From positions 1 through 52,741 of the IMG/VR virus record IMGVR_UViG_3300031825_000389: a DNA stretch of 52,741 nt; one strand, 5' to 3'. The stretch comes from a virus. Taxonomy: Duplodnaviria; Caudoviricetes. Positions within the stretch are counted from its first letter, which is position 1; each line of letters begins with the position of its first letter. Positions 1 to 9,242 of the stretch are shown piece after piece. The translations under genes were made by a program, and so were the position numbers. The notes beneath the pieces are model-generated. The model searched no databases and was not told the origin of the DNA. It saw only the letters and a program-made list of their open reading frames with translations.

Positions 1-462
1 ATGCCGGCGTTTCGCTTTTATAACAACGATAACGGCACCGTTAGCATCACGTTCGAGCAGGGGGATTTGTCAGCGATCACGTTGGCAACCGGCCTTTCGC
101 AACGAGTCGCAGACGACATTGTTTCCAGCCTCGGGGCGATCCTTGCGAACGCCAAGGCCGAGCCCAAGATTGCTGCTGAGCAACTTCGCGCCGCCGCCAA
201 GGTGATCAACAAGGCCGCAATCAATAGGAATGGGGTGCAGCGCCCCGGCGCGGACGGCATCTGCGGCCGGACGTGGGCGCTGTTCGATGAAATGACGGAA
301 GACCTTGGACGCCCACCCGCTGCCACAGAAGCCATCGAGGAAGCCGAGAAGCGTGGGCTCGACTTCAATCCGAACAACGTGAAGGTCGAGCACAGCCGGT
401 GGAAAAGATGGAACGGCATCACGGAGACGCTGCGCAAGCCGCGAGCCACGGCGGAAGGTTGA
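1..462 (+). CDS. Hypothetical phage-type protein, paralog of 9339..9797
   Basis: 153-aa ORF. Its C-terminal NGVQRP..GICGRTW..D..LGRPP..NVKVEHSRWKRWNG aligns by eye with 9339..9797. Confidence 0.8.
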   Translation: MPAFRFYNNDNGTVSITFEQGDLSAITLATGLSQRVADDIVSSLGAILANAKAEPKIAAEQLRAAAKVINKAAINRNGVQRPGADGICGRTWALFDEMTEDLGRPPAATEAIEEAEKRGLDFNPNNVKVEHSRWKRWNGITETLRKPRATAEG

Positions 463-595
463 ACGGGTCCACGCGGGATAGCCCTGCCTCGCCAGCGGCG
501 GCGCAGGGCGGCCGTATGACCCGGCCGGCGCCCTTAACAGCCGGGGCGGCCCAAGCCAGCCCCACGGCCCGCCGCTGCGCTTCCGGCTTCAGGCG

Positions 596-997
596 TCAAG
601 CGAACCACTGATCGCCGACGCCATCCCAGCATTTGTCGATCAGGTTTCCTGCGAAACCGGCGTCTCCCCGATGCTTCGGAAGTCCCGTCACGTAGTCGAG
701 GAGTTCGTGCATGAGATCCTTGCCACCGAACTCGAAAGCGAGTTCCCCCACCTGTCGAATGCTCCACTTCAGCGAATTGCGAACAGGGCTCTTAGGGATG
801 GAACGCACCTGAATCCGCTCAAAGCTGCGGATGACTTTATCACCCATGGCAAGTTTCAGAGGGATATTGACGCTGACAGCCGGCCCCATTTTCGCCGCCT
901 GCCTCGCTTCGCGCTGCCGCCGTGCTTTGTCATGGTCCTTCACGGCTCCGACCAAAGCAGCCAAGGCATCGCGGAGTTCGAGTCTGTAGTCTTCCAC
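596..997 (-). CDS. Hypothetical protein (C-terminal WDGVGDQW motif)
   Basis: GTG start at 997 preceded by AGGAGG; 133 aa of natural composition; downstream of the alpA operon. Confidence 0.65.
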   Translation of the reverse strand: MEDYRLELRDALAALVGAVKDHDKARRQREARQAAKMGPAVSVNIPLKLAMGDKVIRSFERIQVRSIPKSPVRNSLKWSIRQVGELAFEFGGKDLMHELLDYVTGLPKHRGDAGFAGNLIDKCWDGVGDQWFA

Positions 998-1011
998 GCC
1001 TTCCCCTCCTG

Positions 1012-1308
1012 TCAATTGACCGCAGCACCATCGGCGCGCCGGACGACACCGCCCACCGAGACCGTCCGCCACGGAGGCGGGGCGTAGGCGCGAGCATGGT
1101 GCCGCTCGCAATAGGACGAGCCCGGCTGCACCATGTCGCCACACGCCACAAGGTCTGCGCCGGACCCATCGACCGGCCATCGACAGTGCAGGCGCTCGCA
1201 GTCAATCAGGAGGCGGCGGTGCGGGGTGTCGGCGGGCGCCTCGCGCATGGCGGCTTCCGCCGCCTGCACCCATGCCCCGGCGGCCATAGTCTTCGCTGCC
1301 GCGCTCAT
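1012..1308 (-). CDS. GcrA C-terminal-domain-like protein
   Basis: LLID..HCRWPVD..CG..QPGSSYCERHHARAY resembles the GcrA CRWP..CG..YC..H..AY motif; ATG overlaps the alpA stop (ATGA). Confidence 0.7.
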   Translation of the reverse strand: MSAAAKTMAAGAWVQAAEAAMREAPADTPHRRLLIDCERLHCRWPVDGSGADLVACGDMVQPGSSYCERHHARAYAPPPWRTVSVGGVVRRADGAAVN

Positions 1309-1577
1309 GCCAGCTCCCTCCGGCGTTGGACCTTGTGGGTTGCAGGCGGACGCGTCCGGCTGGTGGTCGCCTTGGTGCGCATCCAGGCGAGGACTTCGGC
1401 CTCGACCCAAACCCGCGTCTTTGCCGACAGGTAGATCGGCGTCGGGAAGTCGCCCTCCTTCACCAGATCGTCGAGGAAGCTGCGGCCGATGCCGACGAGC
1501 GCGTACACCTCCTCCACCCGCAGGAACCGAAGGTTCGGCTCGTTGCTGGTGAGGGCGTTGGAGTCTTCTTCCGACAT
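1305..1577 (-). CDS. alpA: AlpA-family phage/satellite transcriptional regulator
   Basis: RFLRVEEVYALVGIGRSFLDDLVKEGDFPTPIYLSAKTRVWVEAEVLAWM is a typical AlpA HTH. Confidence 0.9.
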   Translation of the reverse strand: MSEEDSNALTSNEPNLRFLRVEEVYALVGIGRSFLDDLVKEGDFPTPIYLSAKTRVWVEAEVLAWMRTKATTSRTRPPATHKVQRRRELA

Positions 1578-2269
1578 GACCGCTTCCACTGTGGCTATTG
1601 CCCCGCATGGGGCTGCATTACGTTGTGACCCACTGTAACCACAGTGAAAACGTTGATTTGAAGCGCTTTTTGCAGTCTGATGTGAAGTATTCGCAGTCGG
1701 ATTGCGGAAAATACTTATGCGGAGTGCTTTTGGCTGTGGAGGGCTTCAAGGGGTGGCAGGCCCTAGGGAGGTGTGTAATAGGGCATGACCGCGAAGGACG
1801 GCGAGGGCGGTGGGGACGGTGGGACGCGGAAGGCGAGAGCCGCACCCACTCTCGTATGCGCGCCCGCAAGGGCCGTCCAACGGCCGACCAAGGCAAATCG
1901 CTAGGGCAGGCCATGGGCGGGCGTTCGTGGTTCCGGGACTGCCTGCCTAGCCCGGCCACCCACCGCGCGAGCCCAGCGCCGCCGCTGGCAGCCCCGGCCG
2001 TGCTTTCCGTCCCGGTCCCTTCCCCCCGGTTGCCATGGGGGGGGGGGGTGCGAGCTTGCCGTGGGCGGCTGGCGGGCGACGGGGAGGTGGAGGCGATGAC
2101 CACACCATGGGACAGCCCGAGCCGGCAGGCTTGCAGGGGTTCGGCGGCACTGTCTGGCGCCGAACCCCGCTGAACTCATTGGAGGTATTTAGGTGGGTGT
2201 GGGGTAGCCTACGGCTGCACCCCGAAAAGTGGGCGGCTGCGCCGGGGAGACAGGTCGCATTTTGTGGCA

Positions 2270-2530
2270 TAAGGCATTGAAATATAATGGTATTCCGAAC
2301 TGCATTTTACGCATTTGCGGCATATTTTAAGCATAAGTCATTGAAAATACGCATGTTTAAGGCTTTTCGCTCCCCCACACATATAGACAGAAATGAGACA
2401 AAATAAGCTACAGGGGGTGCGTCATTAAAAACCTAAAATATGTATACATATACCCCATATAACTTATTTGTTTTCAGTATGTTGTGCCGTTTTAAGGTGT
2501 TCCGCAAATGGCCTTAAAACCTAAAACGCC
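2270..2530. other. Putative replication origin of the left element (AT-rich, short repeats)
   Basis: AT-rich island in GC-rich DNA, downstream of the helicase gene. TTTAAG at 2326, 2356, 2491 (inverted at 2513); CATTTGCGG at 2312 inverted as CCGCAAATG at 2502. Confidence 0.45.
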
Positions 2531-2777
2531 GCAGGCCGTGTCTCGGGCAGGCTTGCCGGCCCCCCAATGTGGTTACAGCACCGCCAAGGCTCCGCGATCA
2601 ACGCTGGCACAAGGGGCTTTCTAGGACGGGTTAGGTGGACCGCGCCGGGGCTGCGGCGGGGCCGCAGGGTGGGCATTCCAACCGGCGCCGGGCGACCTAC
2701 CGGCCGGGACCGCGAAGGCCGCCACGGGCTGCCCCGCGCGAGCGCCGGGCGGACTGGCGGCCGGGCTGGAAGCGCGG

Positions 2778-4379
2778 TCACGTTCTCCGCGCTGTTCCGC
2801 AGAGAACGAAGGCCCGAACGTTCGTATTGTACGGCTCCAACTGGAGCTTGTTCAGTTCGAGCAGGGTTTCGTTGGCAAGAGCCGACCTGAGCACGCCGTC
2901 TAGGGCCGCGTTGCTACCCTGTTTGTGGTTACGGAAGGCTGCCAAATTCGCGATCTGCGTGTGTATGTAGGAGCGAGGGATAACGCCTGCCTTGCGCAGA
3001 TGGTCAAAACGTCGCATCTGCGGCGGTACCTTGTTATCGTCAAGCTGTAGCCATTTCAGGCAAATCTGGAGCACCTTCTTTTCCCGGTCAGAGTCGTCGT
3101 TGCCGATATCGCCGGTGGCGAGCTGACCGAGGAACAGGTTCACATCCCGCATGACGAACTGGATCGCCCATTCAACGTGCTCCGTTGTGACGACTGGTTC
3201 CCAAAAGCGATCCGCCACAGCGAGCAACGAGGCCAGCTTCAGAGCCTTGAGGTGGGCACGGGTCCAAACAGCGCGTTCGCCTTCGTTCTCCTTGGCGTTC
3301 AGGGTGGTGATACACCGGATGTTGAAAGCGGACATTACGGCAAGCGCATCCGGGTCCATTTGTACCATCCGAACTTGGGGCGGGTTCGGAGCCGGTGGGT
3401 TGCGCTGCACCGCATCCGACAGGATGCTGCACCAGTATTGCCAGTGGTCATCGGCGAGCCGCGAGCCGCCGTTCTCGTTGGGCAAAGGCCGGTCGCCCTC
3501 GTATGTGGTCACAAGGAAGCGAGACAACAACCCATCCTCCATCATGTCGGAGGTGAGCGCTTCCTTGAACTTGCCCGGCGTCGTTTCGCCGAGGAAGGAC
3601 AGGGCGGGGTACGCGACGCCCGGCACGTTCTTTCCTGCGTCGCTGTACGTCTTGCCCTCCAGATAATCCTTTGAATAGGCGTTGGTGAGGACGCTGCGAA
3701 ACGCCTGCTCCGGCGCGTCGTTCGGGTTTGCCATGCGGCTGAGACGGCGCCCGAACTCGCCTTGCAGGTTCAGGAAGCCGGGCGTCGCGAGAAGCTGCTT
3801 ATGGAGTGCGGGACCGGACACGAAGTCCGTAGCCTGGATGAAGCGGTCACAACCAACGATGCCGTTCACCTTTATCCACTTCGGGATTTCCTTGTGAATG
3901 GCGTCCTTGCCGATGCCGCTACGCGCGACGAGAATTTGGTACAGGGACAAATCCACGTTCGTGTGTGTCCGGTAGGTCCGGCCGCACACGCCCGCGAGCA
4001 AGGCCACGGTCGCCACGGTAGCGACCTCCATGATCTGGCAATAGCTGTTCCCGTAAATGTTGCGCGCGATGGTGCCCGCAAAGCCCGGCGGGAAGCTGAA
4101 GGGGAGTTTCGCGCCCTGCTCGCACTTGTCTAGAGCAGCCTTGGTGTCGATCTCGCGCTCGCTTGGTTCCGGGGCAACGGAATTGGCGTCAAACATGAAA
4201 CCGATGTTAGTTGTGCCCGGCGGAGGCATTGGGGGCAGGGCGGGGTCAAGGCCCGGCTCGGCGCGGAACGCCGGCTTGGGCTCTGCCCTAGGTTCCGGCT
4301 CGGACGGTCTCTCAGGAACTGGTGTGCTGTCCCAAAATAAGCCCGGCTCGATCCTGGTAGACTTTTCAGAGGTAGACAC
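2778..4379 (-). CDS. DUF3987-like replication helicase/primase-associated P-loop protein
   Basis: 533 aa; LYQILVARSGIGKD Walker-A-like motif, SGPALH, LSFLGETTP and DGLLSRFL motifs typical of satellite/phage rep proteins. Confidence 0.7.
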   Translation of the reverse strand: MSTSEKSTRIEPGLFWDSTPVPERPSEPEPRAEPKPAFRAEPGLDPALPPMPPPGTTNIGFMFDANSVAPEPSEREIDTKAALDKCEQGAKLPFSFPPGFAGTIARNIYGNSYCQIMEVATVATVALLAGVCGRTYRTHTNVDLSLYQILVARSGIGKDAIHKEIPKWIKVNGIVGCDRFIQATDFVSGPALHKQLLATPGFLNLQGEFGRRLSRMANPNDAPEQAFRSVLTNAYSKDYLEGKTYSDAGKNVPGVAYPALSFLGETTPGKFKEALTSDMMEDGLLSRFLVTTYEGDRPLPNENGGSRLADDHWQYWCSILSDAVQRNPPAPNPPQVRMVQMDPDALAVMSAFNIRCITTLNAKENEGERAVWTRAHLKALKLASLLAVADRFWEPVVTTEHVEWAIQFVMRDVNLFLGQLATGDIGNDDSDREKKVLQICLKWLQLDDNKVPPQMRRFDHLRKAGVIPRSYIHTQIANLAAFRNHKQGSNAALDGVLRSALANETLLELNKLQLEPYNTNVRAFVLCGTARRT

Positions 4380-4733
4380 CCGTTACACCCTTCCGCGTGA
4401 AGTCTAAGCGGAGCGAGAGAAAGGAGGCGCTTGGCAAGCGCTTCCCTTTCGTGTAGAACAGGCGGTGCCACCTGTACTGTTCTACACGGCCCTTCCGCCG
4501 AGATACACCCCCGCCAGCTTCACGGTTGGCGGGGGTGTTCTGTTTCATGTACCCCATTGCGGCACCATGCGCCAGTTAAGCGCGCATTTACGATCCAATT
4601 GTACTTGTCGAATACCTAAATGCTTGGTTCGGTTCCCACCCCGGCCACCTTCGCCCTTTGACCTCCAAAGGCATTTCAGTGTGAGGCAGGACCCGCCCCG
4701 AGGCCAGCCCCCGGCCACCTTGACCTATTGTGG

Positions 4734-5291
4734 TCACTGCTCGTCCTTGTCGCACTCAGCGGACGCCAGCGCCGGGACAGGCTGCGTGAAATTCCCGGCG
4801 AGCTTGGCGGCCACCGCATCCAGCGCGCCTCGTAGTTCCTCGTTGAGCTCGGTTGGCGCATGCGTCACCACGGCATCCACCTGTTGCCGAATGTGCGGGT
4901 TCCAAATGGGATCCGCGCCACGTAGCGCGGACTCGGCGGCCCTGACGCCGGCCGCATTGCCCTCGGCCGCTGCCGCGTGCAGCGAGCGCTCAAGGTGGAG
5001 GACACGTTTTGCCTGCCCATGCTTCAGGGCATAGGCGAGCGCTTCATGGGCGTTCGCCCACTGGTAAACCGTATCCCGGCTGAGTCCGATTTCACCACAC
5101 GCTGCGGTGATTGAGAAGCCTTGCGACATAAGATCAACAATCAGGTCGCAGACAACCGGGTTATACTTGTTAATGTCGATATATTTCTCTGCGTAATACG
5201 CCTCCAAGGCGTCTATATTGTCCCGAACCGCTTTCGGCAGACGCTCCTTTGAGGCGTATTTCTTCAATGCCGATTTGTACGGGTTTGCCAT
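4734..5291 (-). CDS. Terminase small subunit-like HTH protein
   Basis: KYNPVVCDLIVDLMSQGFSITAACGEIGLSRDTVYQWANAH resembles the Sf6/P22-type TerS DNA-binding domain; start taken at MANPY. Confidence 0.6.
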   Translation of the reverse strand: MANPYKSALKKYASKERLPKAVRDNIDALEAYYAEKYIDINKYNPVVCDLIVDLMSQGFSITAACGEIGLSRDTVYQWANAHEALAYALKHGQAKRVLHLERSLHAAAAEGNAAGVRAAESALRGADPIWNPHIRQQVDAVVTHAPTELNEELRGALDAVAAKLAGNFTQPVPALASAECDKDEQ

Positions 5292-5456
5292 GAAAGACGA
5301 TCCATTACTTTGATTGCTTCGTGCAACCATAGCAGACAGCAGCGCATTCGGCAATTTATACTTGCCATTCCAAAAAGGCGGCATTATTGTTAAACGAAAT
5401 AACAAGCCCCCGTCATACCAATAGAAGGGCCGAACCGCGCAGGTGGAATCTAAGTT

Positions 5457-5795
5457 ATGAAAGCGATTACTGGTGAAGCCCTCGTCAAACGACTTGTGAT
5501 TCTGCGAGGCAAATTCTTCTACGCCCATGAGCGCAGCGGCGACCATCGGCTTCACGCCGCGTTGAACGCCTTCGAGCGCGAAGCCATGACGCTCCGAGGC
5601 GTGGAGGTGAATTTCGCCAGCCAGTCCGAGGCGGGCCACGCAGGCGCGCTTTGGGATGAATGCCACGGGCTGGCGCTGAGGGCGTTCTACCAGCTTGGCC
5701 AGTGCCGCAGGGTTTTTGGGCTCGGGGTGGAGCCGCCGCCCCCTGCACCGCCGCAGTTCGGCGCGCCTTCTCCCTTCCCCATCGCCCACGCCTGA
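5457..5795 (+). CDS. Hypothetical protein
   Basis: 112-aa ORF opening a tight + strand gene run (5457-7873). Confidence 0.55.
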   Translation: MKAITGEALVKRLVILRGKFFYAHERSGDHRLHAALNAFEREAMTLRGVEVNFASQSEAGHAGALWDECHGLALRAFYQLGQCRRVFGLGVEPPPPAPPQFGAPSPFPIAHA

Positions 5796-5810
5796 AAGGA
5801 CACCCTACCG

Positions 5811-6197
5811 ATGTTCCCCTTGCTCAAGCGGATTTCGGCCAAAGATCTGGAGCCCATTCGGGGCCGCCCTCGGAAGCTATTCTTGGAAGATCGCGCGCCG
5901 GTCAATCCGACCGAGGTTCGGCTGACCCAGATTCGCGAAAGTTACTTGGCCCAGTTGACTGGCCGGCACACGCCCACGGTGAAGGAAATCGCCGAACGCA
6001 TCGCCGCCAAGACAATTGAAGCTGAGGTGATGGCGGCACTTTGGGGCGCGGATCACGCGTTCACGCGGCGGCAGGACTTTGAGATCGGCCGTCTGATCGC
6101 CGCCCTGCATTTGGAGCACGTCGAGCCGCTGCACCCGGCGGACCAGTGGCCGGACGAGCCGGACGATGACCACACCAGCACCCAGGCGGAGCACTAA
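5811..6197 (+). CDS. Hypothetical protein
   Basis: 128 aa; AAGGA upstream of the ATG; tightly coupled to its neighbours. Confidence 0.65.
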   Translation: MFPLLKRISAKDLEPIRGRPRKLFLEDRAPVNPTEVRLTQIRESYLAQLTGRHTPTVKEIAERIAAKTIEAEVMAALWGADHAFTRRQDFEIGRLIAALHLEHVEPLHPADQWPDEPDDDHTSTQAEH

Positions 6198-6198
6198 C

Positions 6199-7089
6199 AT
6201 GATCGATCCCAGACTGAACCACAGCGAGCAGGGCTTCCCTCCCCGCTATGCGACCGAGGCGCGCGATGCCTTGGCCGCCACCATCGCCAAGCTACCCCAG
6301 AGCGCTGCGGCGAAGCTGCGCGAGTTCGAGGACGCGGCCCTCAGCAGCGAGGGCGCGGTGAGGGTGGCGCAGGAGCGGCGCAACGAGAAGCTGCGCCCCA
6401 TCACCATGCTTCGGCAGGCCGTGGCGCAGAGCACCACGCCTCATCCCGCCAATCTTGAGCGTCTTTCGCAGCTTGAACCCGAGTTGGAGCACGTCGAGGA
6501 AATGCTGCGCCGGTTTCAGGCCGAGCGTGCCGCCGCCAACATGCTGTTCGGCGGCATCCAACGCGCGCTCGAAGCCCTGCCGTCCAATGCCCGCCTCGTG
6601 CAGGTCCCGGCGCCCGAGCCGAAGAAGGGCATGACGCTCACCGCTGCCCGCGAGGCCGTCACCAGCCTGACGCGCGACATCCACGCGCTGGAGACCTCCG
6701 CGCCCACCACCGAGGAGCAGGCTGCGACGCTCCGCGCCGCCATCGCAAAGCGAGGGGAAGCCGGGCGGCCGCGAATGGACCGCACAGGTCGGCTGAAGAC
6801 CGATGCCGCTGCCACAGCACAGGCTGCGGCGCTCGCGGTGATGTGCTGGGCATTCCCGGAAGCGGTGTTCGAGCGGATGGTGGAAGACGGCGCCTTGCGC
6901 GAGGGAGGCTCCCTGTCGGCGGCCGAGAAGGCGGCGGCGCTGGCCACCCTCCGCGCCAGCTTGTTCGAGACCGAACTTTTAGAAGAAGCGCTGATCCAGC
7001 GGGACGGCGGCACCCGCCGTCCCGACGCGGACGCGTTCGCAATCCTCGGCGTCCGGGTTGAGGCAGGACGAGCGGCGCGGGCCGCATGA
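6199..7089 (+). CDS. Hypothetical alpha-helical/coiled-coil protein
   Basis: 296 aa from MIDPRL; GGAG RBS; Ala/Glu/Arg-rich helical sequence. Confidence 0.75.
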   Translation: MIDPRLNHSEQGFPPRYATEARDALAATIAKLPQSAAAKLREFEDAALSSEGAVRVAQERRNEKLRPITMLRQAVAQSTTPHPANLERLSQLEPELEHVEEMLRRFQAERAAANMLFGGIQRALEALPSNARLVQVPAPEPKKGMTLTAAREAVTSLTRDIHALETSAPTTEEQAATLRAAIAKRGEAGRPRMDRTGRLKTDAAATAQAAALAVMCWAFPEAVFERMVEDGALREGGSLSAAEKAAALATLRASLFETELLEEALIQRDGGTRRPDADAFAILGVRVEAGRAARAA

Positions 7090-7393
7090 GGACCAAGGTT
7101 GCTCCCCCGGCGTTCGCCATCGCCGAGGTTGAGCACAGGCACCACCGGGCGCGCTTGTGACGACTCGGCGCGAGAGGAAAAGGGATGCGGTTCCCCCTAT
7201 CCCGCATCCCGAACCGTCCCCGGTGGTGCCCACAAATTCGAATCCGGGGCGCCGCTGAAGCGGCGGCCCGGCATCAAATCGCGGTTCGGTTCCTACCGGT
7301 GCCGCCCACACACAAGCGGGGCCAAGGGCCGGCACCACCCATGTGGTCACTGCCCACGACACCGCCCCCGCTGAGCAACGGAAAGGACAACAC

Positions 7394-7873
7394 ATGACGA
7401 TTATCGACCGCTTCGGCCGCCCCAAGGAAGTGGCGGCCGGCTACGTCCTTCAGGAGGGCGAGTCCCAGTTTGGCGACCTCGGCTCCATGCACCTGCCGGC
7501 GAACACCCGCCGCATGGGCGATGCCGCGCTTGCGGCCTTCTTCCGGGATGGCGGCATGGGCGGCGGCAAGCCCGACGATGCCGTGCCCGCCGGCTTCTTC
7601 AAGGATGCCTACGGCCGCACGCTGGTGCGCGGCACCACCTCCGGCAATGACCGGGCGGACGGCAAGGCGCTCGGCTACCGGCTGGCCTATGAGGCCGACC
7701 TGCGGGACGCGTACAAGGCCGGCGACGTCGAGCCTGCGGACACTTCGGCGAACACCGCACCCAACATCGCCCGGCACGGCGAGCAGGAAGGCCCCGAGGT
7801 GCGGAAGGCCCGCGAGCGGTACGAGAGCGACATGCGCGACGCGTGGCGCAGGCCGGTGAGCGAGACGGCCTGA
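7394..7873 (+). CDS. Hypothetical protein with a duplicated YExD(L/M)RDA(Y/W) motif
   Basis: AAGGA RBS, ATG at 7394; repeats YEADLRDAYK and YESDMRDAWR. Confidence 0.75.
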   Translation: MTIIDRFGRPKEVAAGYVLQEGESQFGDLGSMHLPANTRRMGDAALAAFFRDGGMGGGKPDDAVPAGFFKDAYGRTLVRGTTSGNDRADGKALGYRLAYEADLRDAYKAGDVEPADTSANTAPNIARHGEQEGPEVRKARERYESDMRDAWRRPVSETA

Positions 7874-7990
7874 CGGTCGGCCCGTCGCGTGGGGGTGGGC
7901 GCAGGCTCGCTAGGACCACACGGTCGGCACCGTCGCCCCCATGTGGTCATCGCGAGTCCACGGGCTTCCCTAGCGATTCTTCCGACAACG

Positions 7991-8020
7991 AAAAAGGGCG
8001 CCCCACCGGGCGCCCTTTTG
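7991..8020. terminator. Bidirectional intrinsic terminator
   Basis: AAAAAGGGCGCCC-CACC-GGGCGCCCTTTTG between convergent genes. Confidence 0.8.
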
Positions 8021-8059
8021 TTGATGTGGTGGGGGCCGGCGGTGCCGGCCCCGTCTGGC

Positions 8060-8245
8060 TCAGAACTGGCGGCCCCGGCTGTCGGCGCCTTCCTTCAGGG
8101 CTTCCGTCATCGCCCAGCCCGGCCGGCGCTTCCGGGGCGCCGGGTCCGCCGGCTTCGTCCGCAGGGCGTTGAGCCAGCCCTTGCCGGGTTCGCCACCAAG
8201 TTCGATCTGGCTTCCGTCGCTGTAGGTGTGGATTCGCTTCGTCAT
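8060..8245 (-). CDS. Small hypothetical protein
   Basis: 61 aa; GGGAG RBS; own promoter-like sequence at about 8280-8316. Confidence 0.6.
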   Translation of the reverse strand: MTKRIHTYSDGSQIELGGEPGKGWLNALRTKPADPAPRKRRPGWAMTEALKEGADSRGRQF

Positions 8246-8345
8246 GTTCGGCTCCCTGTCTGCGGTTGCCGCTGCAACCTAACTCAACCTTAAGATGTAG
8301 ATTCGGAGTAGTGCAAGCGAAAAATGCTCAGTATGAGCACAAGTG

Positions 8346-8378
8346 AAAAAGCCCCCGGCGCAGCGACGCACCGGGGGC
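8346..8378 (-). terminator. Intrinsic terminator
   Basis: GCCCCCGG..CCGGGGGC hairpin with an adjacent A-run (U-run on the minus strand). Confidence 0.6.
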
Positions 8379-8425
8379 CAGTGGCCGGGCCAGCGATCAG
8401 GGGCGGGTGCGGCCCGGCTACCTCG

Positions 8426-8539
8426 TCACCGGGGCGGACGCCCCGTGCTTCCGAACAGCCCGTCGAGCAGGCGGCACATGGCCCATCCGGCGAGCACCGC
8501 GACGGACAGGAGGAGCAGGCCGGACACGGCGGCCGTCAT
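8426..8539 (-). CDS. Small hydrophobic peptide
   Basis: MTAAVSGLLLLSVAVLAGWAMCRLLDG..., 37 aa; ATG overlaps the upstream stop. Confidence 0.4.
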   Translation of the reverse strand: MTAAVSGLLLLSVAVLAGWAMCRLLDGLFGSTGRPPR

Positions 8540-8925
8540 GCCCGGCCCTCCGGTTCCACCTCGGCCAGCGCGTCGGCGCAGGTTGACAGGAAGACCGCGA
8601 CGGCGCGGGACGAGGCCGAGGCCAGCACCACCGTTCCGCGGAGCCATTTCCGTTGCCAGCGGCCGGGCAGGTAGGGCAGCGAGGCGCACTCATCGGCCGG
8701 GACACCCTGCGCCGTCCGACGCTCGTACAGCGCGCCGGACACTGCGAGGTAGCGGGCCAACTGCTCGTCGCGGTCGGCCCGGATACTTTCGGGCACGACG
8801 ATGCCCCGCGCCTCGCACTGCTCGATAAGGTCATCGGCGAGCACCAGCGCGTTGGCCAGCTCGGTCTGAGCGAAAGCCAATTCGTCATCGGTGAAGTGGG
8901 GAAGGTGGCGGGTGTCGAAGTTCAT
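8536..8925 (-). CDS. Hypothetical protein
   Basis: 129 aa; GGAGG upstream; in an operon with 8929..9156. Confidence 0.65.
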   Translation of the reverse strand: MNFDTRHLPHFTDDELAFAQTELANALVLADDLIEQCEARGIVVPESIRADRDEQLARYLAVSGALYERRTAQGVPADECASLPYLPGRWQRKWLRGTVVLASASSRAVAVFLSTCADALAEVEPEGRA

Positions 8926-8928
8926 CGC

Positions 8929-9156
8929 TCAGCCCTCCACCGGCATGAACACGGGCTGTGCGCCCTTGTAGCTGCGCACGTCCTGTCCGAGGCGAGGAAG
9001 CACGCCCCGCGTGTCGCGCGCCTGGATCGTGTAGTGCTGCCCGTCCTTCGTGCGGACCACCGCGAGGCCCGGCGCCCACGACGACACCTCGGCGATTTGG
9101 TGAGCGTGTTCCGGGCGGACCTTGGCCCGCTGTGTCTTCACCTGAACCTTTGCCAT
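8929..9156 (-). CDS. Hypothetical protein
   Basis: 75 aa; downstream of a TTGACT promoter and a LexA-like box. Confidence 0.65.
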   Translation of the reverse strand: MAKVQVKTQRAKVRPEHAHQIAEVSSWAPGLAVVRTKDGQHYTIQARDTRGVLPRLGQDVRSYKGAQPVFMPVEG

Positions 9157-9242
9157 GATGCGAAAATCCCTGATTGCGTAGCGCCTTGACGTTGGCGCCG
9201 CTATACAACCTTGGATTGCATAAGAGTTGAGTCAAGCGATTT

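Noticed and set aside
1598-2280. ORFs 1598..2173, 1618..2103, 1947..2270
   Set aside because: Low-complexity Pro/Arg/Gly translations crossing a G12 run, with no RBS or motif.
4537-4552. Possible LexA box GTTC..GTAC upstream of the helicase
   Set aside because: The spacer is 8 nt, not 7.
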